From Mustelus asterias (lineage: Eukaryota), in assembly GCF_964213995.1 (NCBI RefSeq), contig NC_135825.1:12958001-13022000 (forward strand): DNA of 64,000 nucleotides, written 5' to 3'. The position numbers and the translations under genes were made by a program. Under the pieces are notes generated by a model. The model was given only the letters and a program-made list of their open reading frames with translations, was not told the DNA's origin and did no database searches. Shown here in pieces: positions 41,101-49,725 of this stretch; position 1 is the first letter of the stretch, and every line of letters begins with the position of its first letter.

Positions 41101-43753
41101 GGGATAACTGGATAAATCCTGGGTTTGGTATAGAGAGGTGGCGATTATTACAAGCAATGATTCCATGTGGGGAGCAGATACTCATGGAATCCTGCAGGGA
41201 TTGGTGATTGAGATGGCAAAGAGGAGTTACGTCTCCAGTGCTGACAGTATTGAGGAGAACTAAATTCCAGGTGATACAAAACAGGTGTTGGAACATTGGG
41301 TGGGAAATATGTTGTCAGCAAATCTAAATGTGATTGAGAAATGGGCCCACGTAGGACTGGTATAATTTAACAGATTGATGGAGTATTATGGGTAGGGGGT
41401 CATATCAAACATGGGCAAACTGTGGAATTGCAAATTTAAGACTGCAATGAGAGAAAGAACTAGCATCATAAAATCCCTACAGTACAGAAGAGACCATTCG
41501 GCCCATCGAGTCTGCACCGACTCTCTGACAGAGCATCTTCTCCACGGCCTCTCCCTGCCGTATCCCTGTAAAGATGGCTAATCCATCTAACCTACACACC
41601 TTGGGACAGTAAGGGATAATTTAGCATGGCCAATCCACCTAAACTGTACATCTTTGGACTGTGGGAGGAAACCAGAGCACCCAGAGGAAACCCCCTCCTC
41701 CGGGTCTCCCGTTTCCTCCCACAGTCCAAAGATGTGCAGGTTAGGTGGATTGGCCATGCTAAATTATCCCTTAGTGTCAGGGGGATTAGCAGAGGAAATT
41801 AGGTGAGGTTGCAGAGATAGAGCCTGGGTGGGATTGCTGTCGGTACAGACTTGATGGGCCGAATGCCCTCATTCTGCACTGTAAGGATTCTACAATTCTA
41901 GGAATGTGCACAATTTGCAACAGGACTGTTTGTTTCGTCAGAAGGAACTCTTCAAAATGCAACTAATGAAACAACAACAGAACTTACTCCAACTTATAAA
42001 TCAAAGAAAGGGTTTAATAAAAAAACATCATTACTCCAAACTTGGGGCCTCACCCTGGGCCACTCCAAGCTCCCCACAATTCTACATAGTTCCTTATTTA
42101 TAGTGAATCAGTTGGTCAGCTGACTATTGTGTCACTCTGTGATTGGTTCCATGTTTTACTGGGTCAGCTGACCCTTACATCTTGTTCCCAATGGTCACAT
42201 TACATCCAATACAAATTTGTCACTGGTTACATTCTAACACTGTTTAGGTACATCCCATTGAAGGCATGACATGGCGATGCCTTTCTCAAACAACCCAATT
42301 CCAGCTCCTTCTCTCCCACAATGAAAGTGGTATAGTTTCCAAACAAGACTTTATAAAGGGGTCAATTATCTTTCAACCTTGGCCTTTGGAAGAGCTGCCA
42401 AGGACAGTGTTTATTTCCCATCCCCAATTCCCCTCGAGGTGGGGAGCTGCCAACTTGAACCGCTGCAGTCCATGTGGTGTAGGTGCTCCCACAGTGCTGT
42501 TAGGGAGGGAGTTCCAGGATTTCGACTGAGCGACAGCAAAGCAACGGTGATGGTGTACGGCTTGGAGAGGAATTCGCAGAGAGCGATGTCCCCATGCATT
42601 TGCTCCATTTGTGCTCCCAGCTGATAGGTAGCTATGGCACACACTGCTGTCCGTGCGCTGGTAATAGAGCGAATGAATGCTTAAGATGCTAATGGGGTAC
42701 CACATGAGTAGGCTGTTTCGTCCTGGAAGGTGTTGAGTTTCCTGAGTTGCACTTATCAGGCAAGTGAAGAGTATTCCAGGACCCTCCTGCCATACCCTGT
42801 TGATGATGGAATTTAAGGAGGTTGGAGGCGACTTACTCACCGCAGAATTCCCCACCTTTACCTTGCTGTTCTAGCTACAGTATACAAAGAGATCAAAGAA
42901 CAGTACAGCAGAGGAACAGGCCCTTCGGCCCACCAAGCCTGCACAGATCACATTGTCCTACCTAGACAAACCGCCTGTATCCCTCTATTCCCTGTTTGTT
43001 CATGTGTCTATCCAGATAAGTCTTAAATGTCACTAATGTATCTGCCTCAACCACCTCACTTGGCAGCGCATTCCAGGCCCCCACCACCCTCTGTATGAAA
43101 AACTTCCCCCGCACATCTCCACTGAACCTTTCCCCCGTTATCTTGAACTTGTGCCCTCTTGTAATTGTCATTTCTGCCCTGGGAAAAAGCTTCCAACTGT
43201 TCACCCCATCGATACCTCTCATAATTTTATAAACTTCTATCAGGTTGCCCCTCAGCCTCTGTCTTTCCAGGGAGAACAATCCCAGTTTATTCAATCTCTC
43301 CTCATAGCTAATACCCTCCATACCAGGCAACATCCTGGTAAACCTTTTCTGTACTCCCTCCAAAGCCTTCACGTCCTTCTGGTATGTATATGGCTGGTAC
43401 AGTTTGATAAATGGTAACTCTCAGGATGTTAATGTTGGGGCAGTGTCATAGAAATGTCAGTGTGCATATTTTGTCTGATCACCTTTAGACAGCACCAAGC
43501 ACAAATGATGTATTTATTTCAGTTTGACAGGGAAGCAGAAGACATGATCACTTATTCTACTGTGGGAATTCAAACTCCCGCTCAAAGAGGGGAAAATTCT
43601 ACAATTTACGCCAATTTGAAGAACACAAAAGCGCAAAAGGCTAGTATCGTGGTCAATTCTTCAGAATCAGTGGAATATTCCACTTTGATGTTTGGATCCA
43701 AGTGCAATGACGATACAATTCCAAAACAGGACTCTATAAATATAGAGTCATAG
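8084..43753 (+). CDS. CD300/pIgR-like (CMRF35-like) inhibitory Ig-superfamily receptor, 10 coding exons: 8084-8123, 13479-13805, 18064-18390, 25402-25728, 26219-26284, 31897-31927, 33517-33635, 36659-36682, 40312-40358, 43523-43753
   Basis: All introns are GT..AG and phases chain consistently (1,1,1,1,1,2,1,1,0) into an open 1539-nt CDS (512 aa). It encodes a signal peptide, V-set domains with the extra C-x7-C pair typical of CD300/pIgR/TREM, a Ser/Thr stalk, a TM segment and a tyrosine-motif tail. Exact orthology cannot be assigned without a tree. Confidence 0.88.
9672..10208 (+). mobile_element. CR1/HER1 LINE 3' fragment
   Basis: ORF2 C-terminus [10 protein letters not shown]...[24 protein letters not shown]. 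Confidence 0.92.
10940..11878. repeat. Degenerate (CA)n/(CT)n microsatellite flanking assembly gaps
   Basis: Direct reading. N runs at 10210-10939, 11256-11525 and 11536-11683. Confidence 0.9.
12481..12990 (+). mobile_element. Older CR1 fragment (duplicated, with a deletion, at 17570-17925)
   Basis: [17 protein letters not shown] motif. Confidence 0.8.
13018..13367 (+). mobile_element. HE1 V-SINE (HER1-type tail), unit A-specific
   Basis: tRNA-like head GGTGGCACAGTGGTTAGC..GGTTCGATTCC, V core, CTATGATT tail. The empty site is at ~17953. Confidence 0.9.
13479..13805 (+). CDS. Ig V exon D1a
   Basis: CAACAG| acceptor and G|GTAAG donor, 327 nt. Motifs: TITVEC, WWC-x7-C, DTGTYWCG. Confidence 0.92.
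14388..14991 (+). mobile_element. CR1/HER1 LINE inserted in the unit A LTR
   Basis: CR1 ORF2 C-terminus with ACAATA target-site duplication; absent from unit B. Confidence 0.92.
15826..16113 (-). mobile_element. HE1-like SINE with alternative tail; similar - copies at 20400-20688, 34981-35287, 45718-45977, 46280-46527, 46903-47178
   Basis: Reverse complement of the above family. Confidence 0.85.
16640..16990. repeat. Compound (CA)/(CT) microsatellite at the unit A/B boundary
   Basis: Direct reading. Confidence 0.9.
18064..18390 (+). CDS. Ig V exon D1b (tandem duplicate of D1a)
   Basis: Same splice sites, 327 nt, open frame. Motifs: WWC-x7-C, DAGTYWCG. About 90% nucleotide identity to D1a. 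Confidence 0.92.
18928..21187 (-). mobile_element. Decayed Gypsy LTR retrotransposon, unit B copy (3' LTR 18928-19173, PPT 19174-19190)
   Basis: TGT..ACA LTR preceded on - by a polypurine tract; integrase ORF remnant 19576-20172; RNase H remnants. Confidence 0.87.
21375..22322 (+). mobile_element. CR1/HER1 LINE 3' fragment interrupted by the 226-bp inverted insert
   Basis: ...KLERVQK [insert] [14 protein letters not shown]...; tail CTCTATGACTCT. Confidence 0.92.
21626..21851 (-). repeat. 226-bp inverted copy of the post-D1 intron, inserted inside a CR1 LINE
   Basis: Reverse complement of 18443-18668 (7 mismatches by hand count) and of 13858-14083 (~19 mismatches). Confidence 0.95.
23046..23150. 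repeat. 25-bp tandem repeat x4 (TGGCCTTCCTGTGACATGTTAAAAC), alternating A/B units
   Basis: Units start at 23046, 23071, 23096 and 23121. Confidence 0.85.
25402..25728 (+). CDS. Ig V exon D2
   Basis: CAACAG| acceptor and G|GTAAG donor, 327 nt. Reads [21 protein letters not shown]...KFLC-x7-C...EGEYWCG...NLTITE. Confidence 0.9.
25800..26118 (+). mobile_element. HE1 SINE; similar + copies at 29211-29525, 29923-30305, 31371-31702, 32885-33207, 47689-47990, 54272-54580, 57361-58007
   Basis: Head/core plus HER1-like tail. Confidence 0.85.
26219..26284 (+). CDS. Stalk exon ([21 protein letters not shown])
   Basis: Strong polypyrimidine tract plus CAG, G|GTAAAC donor, 66 nt, phase 1-1, Ser/Thr-rich. 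Confidence 0.75.
26757..27068 (-). mobile_element. HE1 SINE; similar - copies at 27612-27928, 35611-36227, 40459-40763, 48666-48992, 57446-57797 (nested), 62218-62545; fused head-to-head pair at 41465-41900
   Basis: Reverse complement of head/core plus HER1-like tail. Confidence 0.85.
27169..27320 (+). pseudogene. Degenerate partial copy of the D2 Ig exon 3' half and its donor/intron start
   Basis: [30 protein letters not shown] aligns to D2 [33 protein letters not shown], with a 9-nt deletion and a +1 frameshift. It is followed by G|GTAAG and ATTATTATAATTCA, as after D2. Confidence 0.8.
28030..29057 (-). mobile_element. Rex1/Babar-like LINE 3' fragment
   Basis: [24 protein letters not shown] and [25 protein letters not shown]. 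Related pieces at 60056-60610 and 7297-7485. Confidence 0.8.
31247..31328. repeat. (TCCA)n tetranucleotide repeat
   Basis: Direct reading. Confidence 0.9.
31897..31927 (+). CDS. 31-nt stalk micro-exon (NSEVPSNGQ)
   Basis: ACAG| acceptor and AG|GTGAG donor. Converts phase 1 to the phase 2 required by the TM exon. Confidence 0.72.
33517..33635 (+). CDS. Transmembrane exon ([39 protein letters not shown])
   Basis: TTTAG| acceptor and G|GTGAGT donor. About 21 hydrophobic residues with no charged residue, followed by an RKK stop-transfer. Confidence 0.9.
36659..36682 (+). CDS. 24-nt cytoplasmic micro-exon (ESLTKDEI)
   Basis: Polypyrimidine tract plus TTACAG acceptor, G|GTAAAC donor, phase 1-1. 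Not required for frame. Confidence 0.6.
36718..37110 (+). mobile_element. CR1 RT fragment ending at the minisatellite
   Basis: Decayed VTSGVxQG..LGP..SKFVDD..KL motifs. Confidence 0.8.
37111..40067. repeat. 30-bp minisatellite, ~98 copies, consensus TGCTCCATGGTATCTCAGTGTACTACACTC
   Basis: Indel-free 30-nt period visible throughout. Lies in an intron of the receptor gene. Confidence 0.97.
40312..40358 (+). CDS. Cytoplasmic exon ([16 protein letters not shown])
   Basis: TTTTCCAG| acceptor and |GTAAGA donor. Converts phase 1 to the phase 0 needed by the last exon. Confidence 0.78.
41931..42239 (-). mobile_element. Solo LTR
   Basis: TGTT...AACA termini, 5-bp target-site duplication CTGTT (41926-41930 and 42240-42244), CCAAT and TATAAA motifs on -. 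Confidence 0.75.
42886..43383 (-). mobile_element. CR1/HER1 LINE 3' fragment
   Basis: ORF 42962-43372 is the CR1 ORF2 C-terminus. Confidence 0.92.
43523..43753 (+). CDS. Terminal coding exon with ITYSTV (ITIM), TIYANL (ITSM-like) and VEYSTL (ITIM)
   Basis: TTTCAG| acceptor in phase 0, three tyrosine motifs matching inhibitory/switch consensus, TAG at 43751-43753. Confidence 0.88.
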   Translation, partial: FDREAEDMITYSTVGIQTPAQRGENSTIYANLKNTKAQKASIVVNSSESVEYSTLMFGSKCNDDTIPKQDSINIES

Positions 43754-44797
43754 AGGTTTACAGAGTGGAAACAGGCCATTCAAACCAACCTGTCTGTGCT
43801 GCCCAGTTTTTACCATTAAACTAGTCCCAATTGCCTACATTTGGCCCAGATCCCTCGATACCAATCTTACTCATGTAACTGTCTAAAATGCTTTTTAAAA
43901 GACAAAATTGTGCCCGCCTCTACTCCTACCCCTGGCAGCTTGTTCCAGACACTCACCACCCTCTGTGTGAAAAAATTGCCCTTCTGGACTGTTTTGTATC
44001 TCTCCCCTCTCACCTTAAACCTAAGCCCTCTAGTTTTAGACTCCACTACCTTTGGGAAAAGATGTTGACTATCTACCTCATCAATGCCCCTCATTATTTT
44101 ATAGACCACTATAAGATCATCCCTAAGCCTCCTACGCTCCAGGGAAAAAAGGCCCGGTCTATCCAGCCTCTCCTTATAACTCAAACAATCAAGTCCCGGT
44201 AGCATCCTAGTAAATCTGTTCTGCACTCTTTCTAGTTTAATAATATCCTTTCTATAATGGGGTGACCAGAACTGTACACAGTACTCCAAGTGTGGCCTTA
44301 CCAATGTCTTGTACAAATTCAATAAGTCGTCCCAACTCCTGTATTCAATGTTCTGACCAATGAAACCAAGCATGCCGAATGCCTTCTTCACCACTCTGTC
44401 CACCTGTGACTCCATTTTCAAGGATCTATGAACATGCACCTCTAGATCTATCTGTTCTATAACTCTCCCCAACACCCTACCATTAACTGAGTAAGTCCTG
44501 CCCTGGTTCGATCTACCAAAATACATCACCTTGCATTTATCTAAATTAAACTCCATCTTCCATTCATCAGCCCACTGGCCCAATTGATCAAGATCTAGTT
44601 GCAATCCTAGATAACCTTCTTCACTGTCCACTATGCCACCAATCTTGGTGTCATCTGCAAACTTACTAACCATGCCCCCTATATTCTCATCCAAATCATT
44701 AATATAAATAACAAATAACAGTGAACCCACACCGGTCCCCGAGGCACACCGCTGGTCACAGGCCTCCAGTTTGAAAAACAACCCTCTCCAACCACCA
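43742..44797 (-). mobile_element. CR1/HER1 LINE, 5'-truncated, overlapping the receptor stop codon
   Basis: ORF 43867-44781 contains KFADDTK and the CR1 C-terminus; its tail reads ATAGAGTCATAGAG on +. Confidence 0.93.
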
Positions 44798-46753
44798 TAT
44801 ATATATTAAAGCAAAATACCGCAGATCCCTTCAATCTGAAATATTCAGTAGACCTGGAAGCAGCAGTGGAGAGAAGACGTTAACAGCTATCATTTTATAT
44901 GGCCTGGGAATGGGCTGGCAGCTGGGGGTTCATGCAAAGTCAGGTGCCATGGCAGCAATGCCAGGCCTGCTGTCGCTGGTATTTTACCAGCATCAGGGGG
45001 AGGTGCCAGGTGGCCAACCTACCCTTGGTCCCCTCCCTCTGCTTTTATTCTACCATTGGCAAGGGACACCCAGACGAGGCTGCCAGGTGAAACATACCGG
45101 CCTTGTTCCGGCCTGACTTGAGCATCCCTTCAGTGCGAGCACCTTGTGCTGAATGAGGCGCATCCCACCACCCCCAACACCCACCCTTGCCTCCTGATAT
45201 TTCTCTTTCCTGCCCCTCTCCCCCCCCCTCCTTTCCTGAACCCAGTCCTCTGTTGGAGCCTGCCTCCTGGCCATTCAATACCCCACCTTCACTTCCAAAT
45301 CCGCATCCTCAAACCCTCACCATTGGGACGGCCTCCTGCATTTGCCACGGCTCCAGGTATCCGGCTTGGACTGAGCTCTGAGAAGTGGCACTTGCTCCCA
45401 GATAGGGACAAAAGCATCACCCTGATGCACTTAACAGCCCGAGAGCCGTAGACTCAGCTTGGAGAAACCCAGTTCTCCTCATGAAGTTCCACCTGAAGTT
45501 TTTGGTCACTGACCTTTCACCAGAATTTTCATTGAAAAGGTCATGACCAGAAAAATGAACAGCTTGGCTTCCCAGTTACTGCCAAAACTTCCCCATATTC
45601 TGCTATTGTCACTTTGTATTTCAGACATTTGAGCTGAGTCTAAGTCTATTTTGTTTGAATTCTTCGTGCTCTACTGGATGACGTTATGGAAATACCAAAG
45701 AACAGTCCAATAAGTTGATTTATTAGTCACAAGTAAGGCTTATGAAGTTACTGTGAAATTTCCCGAGTCGCCACACTCCAGCGCCTGTTCAGGTCAATCC
45801 ACCTAACCAGCATGTCTTTCGGAACTGTGGGAGGAAACCGGAGCATCCGGAGGAAACCCACGCAGGCACGGGGAGAACGTGCCAACTCCACACAGACAGT
45901 GACCCAAGCCGGGAATCGAACCCGGGTCCCTGGCGCTGTGAGGCAGCAGTGCTAACCCACTGTGCCACCGTGCCACCCACACACTTCCCTCTTATGTGTC
46001 AAAGCAGCATTAGGTTGATTGCCTTGATAGCCCACCAGGATCAGCGTGTGGAGAGTTACAGTCTAAAACTCATGACTTTGCTGCAGATAATTACAGATTT
46101 ATCAGTTTGACTGCACAAAATTCCCTCTCAATTATTACAAAATCAGTTAGTTCTTTTTCTCAATTTCTGGTGCGCTCTGTGATTCTATGCCTTGGGACTG
46201 TGCGTAATCAAAGTATACAGCCATAAAACAACATTAAAACACAGAAATGCCGGCATTTACAATAATAAGATGCTTTCGCTTTAACACTGCAATTAAGTTA
46301 CCGTGAAAATCCCCTGGTCGCCGCACTCCAGCGCCTGCTCGGGTACACTGAGGGAGAATTTAGCGTGGCCAATGCATTGAACCAGCACGTCTTTCGGGCT
46401 GTGGGAGGAAACCCACGCAAGACACGGGGAGAATGTGCAGACTCCGCACAGACAGTGACCCAAGTCAGGAATCGAAACCCAGGCCCCTGGCGCTGTGAGG
46501 CAGCAGTGCTAACCACTGTGCCACCGTAAGCACAATTGGCACATAAAATTTACACTGGCTCGAGTCTAACGGATAAAAGAAACAGATACTCTGTGCTGAG
46601 CAGGCTGAGTATTTCCACCTTCTCAAGATCTGCAGTATTTTGCTTTTGCGTCTAGACCGTGAATAGAAAAATTTTAAAATACTATCTTTTTGTTATGAAC
46701 ATCTTGCTTAACAGTATTATTTTGATGGATTGTACCTTGTGAAAATATTTTTG

Positions 46754-46759
46754 AATAAA
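46754..46759 (+). terminator. Candidate poly(A) signal of the receptor gene
   Basis: AATAAA in unique AT-rich sequence followed by T/GT-rich tracts. An alternative ATTAAA lies at 44805-44810. Confidence 0.35.
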
Positions 46760-49725
46760 CATTTTTTGATACCATTTTGTTCTCGCCGGTTTTTATGCAT
46801 GGCAGTGTTGCACTGAATTAGACAGATTGGGAAGGTTGTCGGACTGGTTTCTCAAGTTAGTCAAGGACTTTGGGAGCGGTTCCAATTCCAGCCAAGCCCA
46901 AAAGTTAAAAGTTAATCTATTAGTCGCGAGTAAGGCTTACATTAAACACTGCAATGAAGTTAGTGTGAAATTCCCCACGTCGCCACACTCCGGTGCCTGT
47001 TCAGGTCAATGCCACCAACCAGCACGTCTTTCAGAATGTGGGAGGAAACCGGAGCACCTGGAGGAAACCCACACAGACACGGGGAGAACGTGCAAACTCC
47101 GCACAAACAGTGACCCAAGCCAGGAATCGAACCTGGGTCCCTGGCGCTGTGAAGCAGCAGTGCTAACCACTGTGCCACCCCCTTCCTTCTATAACTAAGC
47201 CTTCCTTCCGTAACAGAGGAGCAGGCTGAAAATAGCCAGCTGACAGTCCGTATGGTGACTTAGAGGAACAAACACTGGACAACTAATGTCAGAAGTGCAC
47301 ACCAGCTGTAGTAGGATCTGTGGTACCTCGTGACCCTTCCATTCCACAAGTGATAAAGGGTCTCTCAGAATCTATTTCCTATGGTTGTTTCTAGTTCACT
47401 TTCTGCCCTTGCATTTTATTCTTTGAATAACTCTTCACTTTCCACAATTCGCTATAAACATTCAGATGCTTGGTTTAAAATGACCTTACTATAAAAGAGA
47501 AAAACAAAATCTAAAATTAAGGCAGGCTTCTCATGGCCACATGACTGTCCTTCCTGTTTCTGCAATAGCCTTGAAATATAAACAGGATAATGATTCAATG
47601 GTCAGAACCACTTGACATTGTGTCAGAGCAGCAGGACATTGCTTTGCAACTATGATTTCCACAGCACCTCAGGACGGCACTCCCTTGTCATGGTAGCACA
47701 GTGGTTAGCACCGTTGCCTCACAGCGCCGTGGTTCTGGATTCGACTCCAGCCTCGGGTGACTGGTTGGAGTTTGCACGTTCTCCTCGTGTCTGCGTTGAT
47801 TTCTTCCAGGTGCTCCAGTTTCCTCCCACAGTCCAAAGATGTGCATGTTAGGTGGATTGGCTATGCTAAATTGTCCCTTTGCATCCAAAGAAGTGTAGGG
47901 TAGATGGATTAGCCATTAGTGGAGGGAAGGGCCTGGGTGGGATGCTCTTTTGGAGAGTTGGTGCAGACTCAATTGGCCGAATGGCCTCTCGCTAAAGGAG
48001 ATAGCAAACCTTTCCCTATAGGGAAGAAGATTAGAGAGCCTGCAAATAGCCAACAATGCTACGAGTGCCAGTAACTGCATCAAAGTCACTATTGGAAGAG
48101 GCTTGCGAATAATGTTTGCTTTTTATTTTGTTGGCACAAGCACAGCTCTCTCAGTTCTGGAGAAGAGACTTTCAGGGTTATGGACGTGGAAATTTGCTGA
48201 CATGAAATTTCACTGCACAAGATGAACCAGGACACGTACCACATGCCCACCGGCCAGAAAATATACAGATAATTATTGTTGCACCCCTCAATCATTAAAA
48301 TGGATTTAAAAAGCATTGCAAAACAGGGCAAACAAATTCTGAGCTCAGTGTCATTTGGATGAGGCTTTGATGTACGTGCTAGTTAGATGTTTATAAATAT
48401 TATTGAACGACAAATCCACTCGCTAAGGAAAGATAAATCTTTTACATCCATATAAAGGAGGGAAGAGTAAATTCTGCACACTCTCTTCATGGGAGGAAAA
48501 CAGCAAAAATATGTTGTGTAAACAAACCGGCGATGACTTGAGGAGGAATTAACATAGTCACTTGCTTCTTAAATTTGTCAACATTAAAACAATAAACTAC
48601 ACTTACGTCCCATGAAAAATCCCAAAGCACTTTATGACCAGTGAAGCGAATTATTGCTTCCCATTGAATCCCCACAGTGCAGAAGGAGGCCATTCGGCCC
48701 ATCGAGTCTGCACCAACCACAATCCAACCCAGGCTCTATCCCCATAACCCCACACATTTACCCCGCTAATCCCTCTAACCTACGCATCCCGGGACACGAA
48801 GGGGCAATTTAGCATGGCCAATGCACCTAACCCGCACACCTTTCGGACCGTGGGAGGAAACCGGAGCACCCGGAGGAAACCCACGCAGAGAACAGGCAAA
48901 CTCCGCACAGACAGTGACCCAAGCCGGGAATCAAACCTGGGTTCCTGGAGCTGTGAGGCAGCAGTGCTAACCACTGTGCCACCGTGCCGCCCTTGTGCCC
49001 TTCTGTAGGAAAACAGTATTATAAATGTTAAACCTGCAGCTTTTCAGAATCAATAGTTTCTAACTTTTCTTTTTAACCTGATGTCCATTCTGTTATTACC
49101 TTCATAAAGTTGCAGAAGCACCAACACATTTCTGCTGCAGTAGGTGAGCAGTGAACAGAGAAACAGAAAATACACTGGAACACAGAACGCATCTGACCTT
49201 CGTGACTGACAGAGCCATTAGTAAAATCTGCTGTCATCAATAAAAGATTTGGGTGAAAAGGTCATCTTGAAACAGTGCCATGATCAAAGTTTAACAGGAT
49301 ACTTCCACAGTTTGATCTTCGGTCTCAGACCGTTGAAGCCAGGTAGGTACAGTGGCTAGCCTCACAGCACCATGGACCCGGGTTCGATTCCCGGCTTGGG
49401 TCGCTGTCTGTGCGGAGTTTGCATGTTCTCCCCATGTCTGCGTGGGTTTCCTCCGGGTGCACCGGTTTCCTCCCACAGTCCAAAGATGTGCTGGTTAGAT
49501 GTATTGGCTATGCTAAATTCTCCCTCAGTGAACCTGAACAGGCGCCAGAGTGTGGCGACCAGGGGATTTTCACAGTAATTTCGTTGCAGTGTTAATGTAA
49601 GCCTACTTGTGACTAATAAACTTTACAAGTCAGACAAAACACGACAAATGGAAAAACACAATTACACTTTTTGGATGGGTGAAAAAGACAACAGCGCGCA
49701 AAACATAATGATTGTTTAGGAGACC

